Source: an uncultured bacterium (GTDB lineage Bacteria > Oederibacteriota > Oederibacteriia > Oederibacteriales > Oederibacteriaceae). Taken from it: 64,000 nt of DNA. Position numbers and translations under genes: made by a program. The stretch lies in assembly GCA_965112635.1 (NCBI GenBank), contig OZ218778.1:96001-160000 (forward strand), read 5' to 3'. The stretch's first letter is position 1. Every line of letters starts with the position of its first letter. Under the pieces are notes generated by a model. The model searched no databases. It was not told the origin of the DNA and saw only the letters and a program-made list of their open reading frames with translations. Shown here one piece after another: positions 45,490 to 54,906 of this stretch.

Positions 45490-46308
45490 TCAGCAGCCTG
45501 CTAAATATTCTCTTAGTTTTTTCGCGTACTGGGGCAGGGCGATTTCCGGCTCCTCGATGTCCGGGCACCATTTCTTTTCCCACTCCACGGACAGCCAGCC
45601 CTGGTAATCGGCCCCCCGGAGCAGCTGGATAAGCTCCACGGTGGGCAGTTCACCCTGGCCTAAGAGCTGATATTTCCCTTCCAGACTCCCGGCCTGGTTG
45701 CGCTTCCAGTCCTTGATATGGACATGGCGCAACCTGGACTTGATGTCCTCAAAGGTTTCCTTCACCGGTTCGCCGATGATGCAGGAGGAATTCATCACAT
45801 CCCAGAGGATGCCGGCTCCCTTGCCCGGCACGCCTTCCAGCACTTTTTTGGCGACAGTACCGTGGGCAAAAGCGTCATGGGTCTCCAAAAGCACGGCCAC
45901 GCCCAGCTGGCTGGCCCTTTTTTCCAGGACTTTAAACCCCTCGATGCAGCCCCTGACCGCGTCGTCCAGGGCCGTGCCTTTGGGCGGCCCGGCAAAGACC
46001 CGGACAAAAGGCGCTTTCCACTCCACGGCCATTTCCAAAAAAGCCAAACACTCCTTGACCTGTTCTTCCAGTTTCAAGGGGTCGGGCTGGGCCAGGCCCA
46101 CCGAGGTGTCCACGCACACCACCGGCATCCCGTTGTCCGTGCACAGGGATTTGACCTTCCTGCGTTTTTCCTTGTCCAACTGCCCTGTCATCAGCTCCTT
46201 GTCCAGCAGCCGGATTTCCAGTCCCTCGTAACCGTCCTTTTTGGCCTCTTCCACGCATTGCTCCAGAGTCCACTCCGGGCAGGCCAGGGTCGAATAGCAA
46301 AGTTTCAT
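45490..46308 (-). CDS. Sugar phosphate isomerase/epimerase (xylose isomerase-like TIM barrel)
   Basis: STLACP.W, GYEGLEIR, LETHD, LWD, HVHIKD, SVEWEK. Confidence 0.88.
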   Translation of the reverse strand: MKLCYSTLACPEWTLEQCVEEAKKDGYEGLEIRLLDKELMTGQLDKEKRRKVKSLCTDNGMPVVCVDTSVGLAQPDPLKLEEQVKECLAFLEMAVEWKAPFVRVFAGPPKGTALDDAVRGCIEGFKVLEKRASQLGVAVLLETHDAFAHGTVAKKVLEGVPGKGAGILWDVMNSSCIIGEPVKETFEDIKSRLRHVHIKDWKRNQAGSLEGKYQLLGQGELPTVELIQLLRGADYQGWLSVEWEKKWCPDIEEPEIALPQYAKKLREYLAGC

Positions 46309-46336
46309 GGCGCCATTCCTTTCTTTTTTAGTTTTT

Positions 46337-46972
46337 TCACTTCTCCGCGATATGGACCTTGATCGGATAGCACAGGACCGATTCGCTGCCGAGGTATTTT
46401 AAGCCCGCCTCGGAAAACATCTGCCGGAACTCGGCCGTGCTGTACTGCTTGACGTGCGTTTTTTCCAGGGAGTGCATCTTGTTCTCGACCCACTTGGTAA
46501 AAACATCGTCCGGCGTGGCGTCCAGAATATACAGCCTGGCGTCCTGCTTCAGGACCCGGTACACTTCGGCCAGGGCATGCTTGGGGTTGGAATAGTGGTG
46601 GAAAGAAAAGGTGCAGATGGCGTTGTCAAAAAACCTGTGCCCGAACGGCAGGGCCTCGGAGCTGGCCACATGGAAGGAAACATTCTTTTGGCCGGCCGCG
46701 TTCGCCCTGGCCTTGGCGATCATTTTTTCCGAAATATCAATGCCCACGAAATTGCCTTTTCCCCGCCCTAACCCGGCCGCGTAACGCACGGCCCACCCTG
46801 TCCCGCACCCCAGGTCAAGGAAATTGGTGTCCGCCAGAGGGCCGATCATCTGGACCACCTTTTTTTGGAGATAACGGAAAACAAAATTCCACTTGTCAAA
46901 GGTCCTGGCCCACTGGTCGAACTTTTTCTGGTTGACCCTGTCGTGCTCGCTGAACTTTCCTGTTTTTCCCAT
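46337..46972 (-). CDS. Class I SAM-dependent methyltransferase
   Basis: FLDLGCGTG, GIDISEKMI, SFHHY..ALAEVYRVLK. Confidence 0.9.
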   Translation of the reverse strand: MGKTGKFSEHDRVNQKKFDQWARTFDKWNFVFRYLQKKVVQMIGPLADTNFLDLGCGTGWAVRYAAGLGRGKGNFVGIDISEKMIAKARANAAGQKNVSFHVASSEALPFGHRFFDNAICTFSFHHYSNPKHALAEVYRVLKQDARLYILDATPDDVFTKWVENKMHSLEKTHVKQYSTAEFRQMFSEAGLKYLGSESVLCYPIKVHIAEK

Positions 46973-47595
46973 TACTTTGCCTCGTAGAACCATATCTTTT
47001 GATCCACCTTATACTTGCTCCCGTCCTCATTATAAACAATAGCCGTGACAATGTATTCCCCCTCATCGATGACCGTGTCCTTTTTTAAGGGCACATTGTA
47101 TTCAAACCCGTAGGTCTGGGTATTGCCGTCATAGGGCAGGGTGATGACCGGAGGGTCGTCAATATCTAAGGTCAGATCGACCCTGGACGCCCCAGGAGCT
47201 GTGACCGCCACCTTGAACCTGTCTCCGTAGTGCAGGGTGGAGGGCGCGACCATCAAAGTCGCCAGGGGAGCCTGCTGGCTGGCCGGCTGGCCGGGCTGGG
47301 GCGTGGGCTCCACAATAGGGGCCTGTTCATTGCTGTTTTCCGTGCCTGCCTTGCTCGGCTTGGCCTGGATGACCTTGTGTCTGGGGAATACGATCTCCGG
47401 CGTCGGAATTGGTACCGCAGATGGGTTTGCGCTATAGACTTGGCGCATCAAATTTTCCACGGAACCGCTGCTGCTAGGGGTGGGCACGGGCCTTTGGACC
47501 GGCCGGTTTTCCTCCAGGGTGGTTCCGCATCCGGTCAGCCAAAGCATTAGCCCTCCGGCTGCCAGACTTAAGACCGTTGTTTTTAATTTAACCAT
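46972..47595 (-). CDS. Hypothetical lipoprotein
   Basis: Lipobox LTGC; Pro/Gln-rich linker; beta-rich C-terminus; overlaps the recJ stop and the methyltransferase start. Confidence 0.7.
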   Translation of the reverse strand: MVKLKTTVLSLAAGGLMLWLTGCGTTLEENRPVQRPVPTPSSSGSVENLMRQVYSANPSAVPIPTPEIVFPRHKVIQAKPSKAGTENSNEQAPIVEPTPQPGQPASQQAPLATLMVAPSTLHYGDRFKVAVTAPGASRVDLTLDIDDPPVITLPYDGNTQTYGFEYNVPLKKDTVIDEGEYIVTAIVYNEDGSKYKVDQKIWFYEAK

Positions 47596-49294
47596 TTTTA
47601 GACACACGGAAATCTTTGACCTCCAACTGCACGGTTTCCTGGTCATTCCACCTGTTGATGGATGGTGAAAAGACCAGGTCTATGTCCAGGCCGGGAAGCA
47701 GCTCCCCGAACCTATCCGCCTCGCGGAACAGGATAGCGTCCCGGAAAACCCCGTTGGACTTGACGCTGAACTTGATATGCTTGTCCCCGCCCACCAGTTT
47801 GGGGTTCCCGGCCACCTGGACCCTCCGGGTCCCCAGCAAAGGTCCTGGGTTGCCCACTCCCAGAGGCGCCAGCTTTTCCAGGTCAGCCACCAGGCGGGCG
47901 TCAACATCCTGAAGAGGCACCTCCGCGTCTATCCGCAGTTTGGCCTGGAGCGCTTCGGAGGACACGCCTCCCTCAGCCAGCTTTAAGAACGCCTCCTCGA
48001 ACTCGGTCAGTTTGTCCTTTTCCACGGACAACCCCGCGGCCATGCTGTGGCCTCCGAACTTGACCAGGGATTTGCCGCATTTTTCCAAAGCCTGCGTGAT
48101 GTCAAAACCCTCCACCGACCTGGCCGAGCCTTTGCCCTGGCCCAGCTGGAAACTCACCACCACGGCCGGCCTGCTATAACTCTCCACCAGCCGCGAGGCC
48201 ACCAGCCCGATGACGCCGGGATGCCACCGCTCGTCGCTCACCACAATGGCCTTTTTATACTTTCCGTCCAGGTCGGTTTCCACCTTTGTCTTGGCCTCCG
48301 CGACGGCCTTGCGTTCCATCTCCTGCCTCTGCTTGTTGACCTGGTCCAGGGTGCGGGAGGCCGGCAAAGCGCCCTGGTAAGAGGGGCTCAAAAGCACCCG
48401 CAGGCCCAGGCTCGGGTCGCCTATCCTTCCGCCGGCATTGAGGCGGGGGCCCAGTATAAAAGCCAGGTGATAGCTGGCCAAAACCTTGTCCCCGATCCCC
48501 GCGATCTCCTTGAGGGCTTTTAGTCCTGGCCGGATCTGGTCATTCATCAGCCGGAGGCCCTGGTCCGTGATATAACGGTTTTCCCCATATAAAGGCACCA
48601 TATCCGACACCGTACCCAGGGCCGCCAAGTCAAAATAAGACTGGCTGCGGCTGGCTTTGCCCGCTGATTCATAAAGGGCCTGGCATACTTTAAGGCACAG
48701 CCCGGAGGCGCATAAATGGTCAAAGGGATAGGTGCAGTCCGGCTGGTGCGGGTTGATGAAGGTGTTGGAGGGCGGCACCTGCTCCACGACCTCGTGATGG
48801 TCCACCACCAGGACTTCCATCCCAAGCTCCCTGGCCCGGAGGATCTCCGTGGCCGAGGTCGTCCCCGAATCAATGCAGACCAGGACCTTGGTGCCGCCTT
48901 TGGCCAGGAATTCCACGGCCGGGATATTGAGGCCGTAGCCCTCCTTGAGCCGGTCGGGAAAGTAGTAAAACACCGTGCCGCCCAGCGTCTCGATCGTATG
49001 GTGCAGGATGGCCGTGCCGCTGATGCCGTCCACGTCGTAATCGCCGTAAAGCGTGATGCGCCGCTTGTCCTGGACGGCCCGCCAGAGGATATCCACCGTC
49101 TCCTTCATCCCCTTGATGTCCCAGCAGGAGGCGCTGAATCCGGGTTTTTTTTCCAGGAACACCCGTGCCTGCTCCTCGGTTTTATACCCGCGATTGATCA
49201 GGATCTGGGAAAGGAATGGGGTGATGCCGAGCTTGGCGGAAAGTTCTTTTTGCAGGTTCAGGGAAGGCGTGACGATCAACCAGGATTTGGGCAT
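47588..49294 (-). CDS. recJ: ssDNA exonuclease RecJ
   Basis: YGDYDVDG, PDRLKEGYG, VDHH, GPRLNAGGR, GSARS, FGGH. Confidence 0.96.
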   Translation of the reverse strand: MPKSWLIVTPSLNLQKELSAKLGITPFLSQILINRGYKTEEQARVFLEKKPGFSASCWDIKGMKETVDILWRAVQDKRRITLYGDYDVDGISGTAILHHTIETLGGTVFYYFPDRLKEGYGLNIPAVEFLAKGGTKVLVCIDSGTTSATEILRARELGMEVLVVDHHEVVEQVPPSNTFINPHQPDCTYPFDHLCASGLCLKVCQALYESAGKASRSQSYFDLAALGTVSDMVPLYGENRYITDQGLRLMNDQIRPGLKALKEIAGIGDKVLASYHLAFILGPRLNAGGRIGDPSLGLRVLLSPSYQGALPASRTLDQVNKQRQEMERKAVAEAKTKVETDLDGKYKKAIVVSDERWHPGVIGLVASRLVESYSRPAVVVSFQLGQGKGSARSVEGFDITQALEKCGKSLVKFGGHSMAAGLSVEKDKLTEFEEAFLKLAEGGVSSEALQAKLRIDAEVPLQDVDARLVADLEKLAPLGVGNPGPLLGTRRVQVAGNPKLVGGDKHIKFSVKSNGVFRDAILFREADRFGELLPGLDIDLVFSPSINRWNDQETVQLEVKDFRVSKNG

Positions 49295-49296
49295 GC

Positions 49297-49962
49297 TCAG
49301 AACGGGGTGTTCTTTTTGCTGAACACATCCGGCGACACGATGCCTCCGGACATGACCAGCTTGATGCCGTCCTCCACGGAGAGCTCCAGGGGGGTCACTT
49401 CCGGGGCCTCGCAGAACACCGTGTAGCCGAGGTAAAGCTGATTGGTCGGCACGAACACGTGCAGGACCTTTTTGGCCCCCTCTCCCGCCGGGATGACGCT
49501 GTCCCGGGTGACGAACCCGAGCGAGTAGTTGCCCTTGCGGGGATACTCGATGAGGACCACGGCCCGGAAACTTTTTTTCCCCGAACCGATGGTCTCAGCC
49601 ATTTGCTTGGCCGCGTGGTAGATATTGCCCATGACCGGGATGTGCGTGATCAGGGACTCCAGCCACTCAAAGAATCGCTTGCCGAAAATATTGGTGGACA
49701 GGTAGCCGACGAAGACCAGGATGATGACGGCCAGCACCAGGCCCAGGATGGTCATGACCTGGTATTTGAGCAGGATGTCGAAAAGGCCGGGGGCCATGAT
49801 GTACTGCAGGGCGGTCTTTCCCAGGGGCCCCACCCAGTATTCCAGGAGCCGGTAAAGGACCAGCAGGATGAAATAGGTGACGAGCAGGGGCAAAAAGGTG
49901 ATGAGCCCCGTGATGAAATAGCCCCTCAACCTGACCCTGAACTTATCTTTTTTCTCGACCAA
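49297..49962 (-). CDS. DUF502 membrane protein
   Basis: YFITGL..LP, IPVMGNIY, VLIEYPRKG, FVPT, IKLVMSGG. Confidence 0.85.
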   Translation of the reverse strand: MVEKKDKFRVRLRGYFITGLITFLPLLVTYFILLVLYRLLEYWVGPLGKTALQYIMAPGLFDILLKYQVMTILGLVLAVIILVFVGYLSTNIFGKRFFEWLESLITHIPVMGNIYHAAKQMAETIGSGKKSFRAVVLIEYPRKGNYSLGFVTRDSVIPAGEGAKKVLHVFVPTNQLYLGYTVFCEAPEVTPLELSVEDGIKLVMSGGIVSPDVFSKKNTPF

Positions 49963-50071
49963 GGGACCTCCTTAGGCTTTTGACTGACCGGTTGATTTTA
50001 CCATTAATTAAAGGAGTGGTTACATAACTATCATGCTAAAAAAGCCTTGGAATGCGGGGAAAACGGGCGGC

Positions 50072-51004
50072 TTACTGGTTGTGGGGCTTTTTGGAGGTCA
50101 AAACTTCCCACTCCACCAGGATGGGGCTGGCCACGTAGACCGAGGAGTAAGTCCCCACGCACACCCCGAAAAGCATGGCCCAGGAAAAGTCGTGGATGAC
50201 GTCCCCGCCCAGGAAATAAAGGGCCAGGAGCACGAGCAGGACGGTGGAGGAGGTGATGATGGTCCGGCTCAGGACTTCGTTGACGCTCTTGTTGATGACC
50301 TCCCCGTAGGTCTCTTTGCGCCGGTAACGCAGGTTTTCGCGGATGCGGTCAAAGACCACGACCGTGTCGGTCAGGGAATAGCCGGCCAGGGTCAGCAGGG
50401 CCGTGATGATCAGGAGCGTGAACTCCTTGTGGAAGATCCACAGCATGCCGATGGTGGCCAGGACGTCGTGCAGGGTGGCGATGGCCGCGGCCACGCCGAA
50501 GCTGAAATCGAACCTTATCCAGATATAGGCCATGATGCCTATGAGGGCCCAGAACACGGCCCACAGCGCCTGCTGCCGCAGCTGCGACCCCACCGCCGGC
50601 CCGACCTCTTCGCTGCTGATCTTGCCTTTGTCCACGGGGTTGTCCGGGAACGCCTTGGTGAGGGCGTCGATGAGTTTGCCCGCCACGCCCGCGCCCACGG
50701 ACTCGGTCTGGGCCACCCGGACCAGGACCATGTTGTCGCTATCGCCCAGCTTCTGGATGACCGACTCTTTCCAGCCGGCCTGCTCCAGGGCTACGCGAAT
50801 GGCGCCGATATCCACCGGCTTTTGGAACCCTATCTCGACCAGGGTCCCGCCGGCGAAATCAACGCCCAAAGGCGCGTTGCCCAGGAAGATCTGGACCGTG
50901 CCGATGATGCCCAGGGTCACCAGGACGCCGGACAGGCAAAAAGCGTACCGGCGCCACTTGATGAAGTCCCAAGAGGTCTTTTTCCATTTCAGCAGTTCGA
51001 ACAT
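50072..51004 (-). CDS. secF: Protein translocase subunit SecF
   Basis: GVDFAGG, VGPAVG, GYSLTDTVVVFDRIRE, GTYSS. Confidence 0.96.
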   Translation of the reverse strand: MFELLKWKKTSWDFIKWRRYAFCLSGVLVTLGIIGTVQIFLGNAPLGVDFAGGTLVEIGFQKPVDIGAIRVALEQAGWKESVIQKLGDSDNMVLVRVAQTESVGAGVAGKLIDALTKAFPDNPVDKGKISSEEVGPAVGSQLRQQALWAVFWALIGIMAYIWIRFDFSFGVAAAIATLHDVLATIGMLWIFHKEFTLLIITALLTLAGYSLTDTVVVFDRIRENLRYRRKETYGEVINKSVNEVLSRTIITSSTVLLVLLALYFLGGDVIHDFSWAMLFGVCVGTYSSVYVASPILVEWEVLTSKKPHNQ

Positions 51005-51014
51005 TTTTCTCCCC

Positions 51015-52319
51015 CTAGATGCTCAGTGAAGAATACTGTTTTCTTAGGTCAAAGATGATCTTGGTGATGACCACGGCGGTAAAGAGGCTGATGACCACGC
51101 CCCAGAACAGGGTCACGGCGAATCCTTTGACCGGCCCGCTGCCGAACTGGAAGAGCACGGCGGCGGTGATGAGGGTGGTCACGTGCGAGTCGATGATGGT
51201 CCATAGCGCGTGGCTGTAACCGCCGTCAATGGCGGCCCGCACGGTCTTGCCGGCCCTCAGCTCCTCGCGTATCCTCTCGAAGATCAGCACGTTACTGTCC
51301 ACGGACATACCCATGGTCAGGATGATGCCGGCGATGCCCGGCATGGTCAGGGTGGCGTGCACCCCGCACAAAAAGGCCATCAGGAAAACGAAATTGACCA
51401 GCATCCCGATGTCCGCGATAAAGCCCGATATCCTGTAATAGATGATCATCCAGAGCATGACGGCGCAGATGCCCACGATGGCCGAAATAATGCCCGCTTT
51501 GATGGAATCCGCTCCCAGGGAAGGCCCGACCAGCTGGTTATGGATGATGGCGATGGGGGCCGGCAGAGCGCCTGACCTTAAGACCAGGGCCAGGTCCTTG
51601 GCCTCATCCAGCGAAAAATGCCCTTCGATCTGTCCCGAACCGCCGTCAATCCTGGTGCGGATGACCGGCGCGGAATAGACCCGGCCGTCCAGGATGATGG
51701 CCAGGTAGCGGCCGATGTTCTCGGAGGTCAGGTCCGCGAACTTGTCCGCGTACTCCTTGGTGAGGGTGAAATTGACCACCGGGCGCTGGTAGGAGTCCAT
51801 GACCACCTTGGCGTCGCTCAGGGCCGAGCCGGTCATGAGCTGCTTGCTCTCCAGCAGGTAGTATTTTTGCTCCTTGCCCGGCACGACTTCCAGGTCAGCC
51901 GGGACCTTGGACGGCATGGGGTCGCCGTTCTTGTCCAGATAATCGCTCAGGGAATGGGTGGTGTCCTGCAATTTGAACTCCAAAAGAGCGGTCTTGCCGA
52001 TGAGGTCTAACGCCCGGTCCTTGTCCTTGATGCCCGGGAGCTGGACCACGATCCATTTTTCGCCCTGCCTCTGGATGGAAGGCTCGGCCACGCCCAGCCC
52101 GTCCACGCGGTTGCGGATGATCTCCAAAGCTCTGTCCACGGCGTCGGCCGGCTTGGCCCCCACGGGCAGTTTGTCGGTCTGCACTTCCAGGACCAGGTGC
52201 AGCCCGCCCTGCAGGTCCAGCCCCAGGTTTATCTTTTGCTGGGGAGGATAGACCAGGTAAACGGCGTAAAATAACGCGGCGACAATGGCCAGGATGAGGA
52301 TCTTTTGAGGTGTGCCCAC
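51015..52319 (-). CDS. secD: Protein translocase subunit SecD
   Basis: LGLDLQGG, RVDGLGVAEP, VGPSLG, VDSNVLIFERIREE. Confidence 0.96.
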   Translation of the reverse strand: MGTPQKILILAIVAALFYAVYLVYPPQQKINLGLDLQGGLHLVLEVQTDKLPVGAKPADAVDRALEIIRNRVDGLGVAEPSIQRQGEKWIVVQLPGIKDKDRALDLIGKTALLEFKLQDTTHSLSDYLDKNGDPMPSKVPADLEVVPGKEQKYYLLESKQLMTGSALSDAKVVMDSYQRPVVNFTLTKEYADKFADLTSENIGRYLAIILDGRVYSAPVIRTRIDGGSGQIEGHFSLDEAKDLALVLRSGALPAPIAIIHNQLVGPSLGADSIKAGIISAIVGICAVMLWMIIYYRISGFIADIGMLVNFVFLMAFLCGVHATLTMPGIAGIILTMGMSVDSNVLIFERIREELRAGKTVRAAIDGGYSHALWTIIDSHVTTLITAAVLFQFGSGPVKGFAVTLFWGVVISLFTAVVITKIIFDLRKQYSSLSI

Positions 52320-52320
52320 T

Positions 52321-52677
52321 TTAGGATTGGGTTCCTTGTCTTAGAGAGTCTACGGCGCCCTTGAGGATCTTGACCTCTACGTTGTTGGCGATCCGGACTA
52401 GAAGTTCGTTCTGCCCCTCGAAACCGGTGATGGTCCCGATGATCCCGCGGAACACGACGACATCGCCTTTTTTGAGGTTCTCCAGCAGTTTCTGGTGCTC
52501 TTTTTGGGTCTTGCGCTGGGGCATGATGATCAAAAAAATGAAAGCGACCACGATCAATAAAAGGGGCATCAGTCCTGAAATAAATCCCGCGGGCGACGGC
52601 GCTGCCCCGGCGGCGGGCGCTGCGGGAGCCGCCGCGGTTCCTTGCGCGTATAATAATGAAACCAAGCTCAATAACAT
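52321..52677 (-). CDS. yajC: Preprotein translocase subunit YajC
   Basis: FIFLIIMPQRK..LKKGDVV..GIIG; located between tgt and secD. Confidence 0.9.
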   Translation of the reverse strand: MLLSLVSLLYAQGTAAAPAAPAAGAAPSPAGFISGLMPLLLIVVAFIFLIIMPQRKTQKEHQKLLENLKKGDVVVFRGIIGTITGFEGQNELLVRIANNVEVKILKGAVDSLRQGTQS

Positions 52678-52754
52678 ACCCAACCTCCTTGAATGTCCTT
52701 GTAATCTCTTAATATTGCGTTTCCTATCAAGAGCTCGATGGGAACATTGAAATT

Positions 52755-53870
52755 CTATTTTTTAAAAAAATTTTCTCTAAACTTCTTTTTTGCTTCTAAA
52801 AAAGTCCCTGAGGCGATAGCCTGCCTCATAGAACCCATTAAATCTATCATATAGGTCAAATTGTGTAAAGTAAGGAGCCTCTGCACCAGCAATTCGCCGC
52901 TCTGGAACAGATGGCGCAGGAATGAACGGCTGTAATTCTTGCAGGTAAAGCACCGGCAGGCCTGGTCCAGGGGTGCGTGGTCATGGGTGAATTCCGCGTT
53001 TTTGATGAGCATCTTGCCTTCGCTGGTGAACACCGTGCCGTTCCTCGCGTTGCGCGTGGGCAGGACGCAGTCGAACATGTCGATGCCCAGCTCCACCGCG
53101 TCCCACAGGTCCTCGGGGCTGCCCAGGCCCATCAGATAGCGGGGTTTTTCTTTGGGCAAATGAGGTGTGGTCCACCCGATGACCTCCAGCATGGTTTCCG
53201 CGGGTTCTCCCACGGACAAGCCGCCCAGGGCATAGCCCGGAAAGTCCATTTCCACCATGGCTTTCGCGCTTTGCTCGCGCAGGTCTTTATACACTCCGCC
53301 CTGCACGATGCCGAACAGGGCCTGGTCGTCCGGCCGCCTAAAGCTCCTCAGCGAGCGCTCGGCCCACTGGAGCGTGGTCTTGAGCGAGCTCTCCACCTCG
53401 CCCTGCGAAGCGGGATACTGGCTGCACACATCCAAGGGCATGATGATGTCCGAACCCAATATCTGCTGGATGTCCATCACCTTTTCCGGGGTCAGGAAAT
53501 GGCTGGAACCGTCCAGGTGGGACTGGAATTTCACTCCCTCATCCGACACCTTGGCCAGCTGGGCCAGGCTGAAAACCTGGAACCCGCCGCTGTCCGTGAG
53601 CATGGGCCCGTCCCACCCGCTGAACTTGTGCAGGCCTCCGGCCTCCCGGATGACCTCCATGCCCGGCCGCAGGTAAAGGTGGTAGGCGTTGGCAAGGTAG
53701 ATGGATACTCCCGCCTCCCTGAGCTCCTTCGAGGTCAGGGTCTTGACCACTCCCTGCGTTCCGACCGGCATGAAACAGGGCGTCAGCACCTCTCCGTGCG
53801 TCAGCGTCATCCTGCCGTTGCGCGCCTGGGTATCCTTATCCTTCGCTGTCACTTCAAACGAAAAAGCCAT
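52755..53870 (-). CDS. tgt: Queuine tRNA-ribosyltransferase
   Basis: TPCFMPVGT, TDSGGFQVFSL, GIVQGG, DMFDCVLPTR, C.CFTC. Confidence 0.97.
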   Translation of the reverse strand: MAFSFEVTAKDKDTQARNGRMTLTHGEVLTPCFMPVGTQGVVKTLTSKELREAGVSIYLANAYHLYLRPGMEVIREAGGLHKFSGWDGPMLTDSGGFQVFSLAQLAKVSDEGVKFQSHLDGSSHFLTPEKVMDIQQILGSDIIMPLDVCSQYPASQGEVESSLKTTLQWAERSLRSFRRPDDQALFGIVQGGVYKDLREQSAKAMVEMDFPGYALGGLSVGEPAETMLEVIGWTTPHLPKEKPRYLMGLGSPEDLWDAVELGIDMFDCVLPTRNARNGTVFTSEGKMLIKNAEFTHDHAPLDQACRCFTCKNYSRSFLRHLFQSGELLVQRLLTLHNLTYMIDLMGSMRQAIASGTFLEAKKKFRENFFKK

Positions 53871-54853
53871 TATTCCACCATCCTCACCCATTTAATGATC
53901 TTAAGCCCTTCTTTTTCGGGCACTGCCAGGTAAATATCGCCGTCCTTGTCCACCACCGCCGCCTTGCCCCCTATGGCCGGTTTAAAAAGCCTGGATTGCC
54001 ACAGGACCTTTCCCTGGGTATTCGCCACGGCGGCCAAAAAATGATCCTCGGATTCTGGATCGTCGGTTTGATAATCCACAAAATGATAGATCTTTCCTTT
54101 CTGGACCCCGATCAAATGGCTCCAGAGCGCATTGATTTTCGGAGCGTCCGTTCCGATGGGCTTAGGAAAATGGCTAAAAAAGACGCTCCTGAAATGCCTC
54201 AGATTTTTCTCGAATCTTTTCTGGTCACCTCCCGAGGAGAACGGGTCGCTGTCATAAAAACAGTCCTCCAAAAACTCCTTCCTGGGGATCACCACCATTG
54301 GCTTGTCCGATTTCCATGCTTTGAGGACCAAAACCGCATACCTGGTCTTGTAATCCACCAAAGCGCCGTTTTCATAGAATAGATGGGCATGCTCATTTCC
54401 CAATTTTCTATCCTTCAAGAGGTTGCCTTTTTTATCGAATATCTGTAAATTTCCGCGCAAACTGCTGTTTGCTGAATAGAGATACAACGAGCCTTCCTCA
54501 TCGAAAAGATAATCTACACCGATATAGTCATGCCTGATAGTTTGCAGGTATTGCCCGTTGGAACTGAATTTTAAGATCTTAAAACCTTTGCCTATCTGCT
54601 TGACCAGGGCCGGGTCATTTCCGCCTCCATAATCAAGATAAAGACAGCCCTCCGGGTCTATCGCCAATTGAAAAGGAACGCCTAAAACCTTCAAGGGGGC
54701 ATTATGGAAGCTTAATTGATAAAAAACGGTTTGCACCTGGTCATCCCCCGTGCCGTACGGGATGGTCACGAACGCCTCTTCTTTGAAATCCAGGCCGTCA
54801 GCTCGGCTCACGCCCAGCACAAACAAAACCAGGAGCAACAGGATTTTTTTCAC
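53870..54853 (-). CDS. Exported hypothetical protein, possibly beta-propeller
   Basis: GTG start MKKILLLLVLFVLG with GGAGAGG RBS; AIDPEG.LY, FDEEGSLY, VDKDGDIY blade-like motifs. Confidence 0.65.
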   Translation of the reverse strand: MKKILLLLVLFVLGVSRADGLDFKEEAFVTIPYGTGDDQVQTVFYQLSFHNAPLKVLGVPFQLAIDPEGCLYLDYGGGNDPALVKQIGKGFKILKFSSNGQYLQTIRHDYIGVDYLFDEEGSLYLYSANSSLRGNLQIFDKKGNLLKDRKLGNEHAHLFYENGALVDYKTRYAVLVLKAWKSDKPMVVIPRKEFLEDCFYDSDPFSSGGDQKRFEKNLRHFRSVFFSHFPKPIGTDAPKINALWSHLIGVQKGKIYHFVDYQTDDPESEDHFLAAVANTQGKVLWQSRLFKPAIGGKAAVVDKDGDIYLAVPEKEGLKIIKWVRMVE

Positions 54854-54906
54854 AGCAGCCACCTCTCCAATATGTCCAATGTCCAAAGTCCAAGGTTAGC
54901 GATTAT

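Noticed and set aside
45490-45495. Cys-TGA ending as possible selenocysteine readthrough
   Set aside because: The protein is full length for its family and the end coincides with an IS-like inverted repeat.
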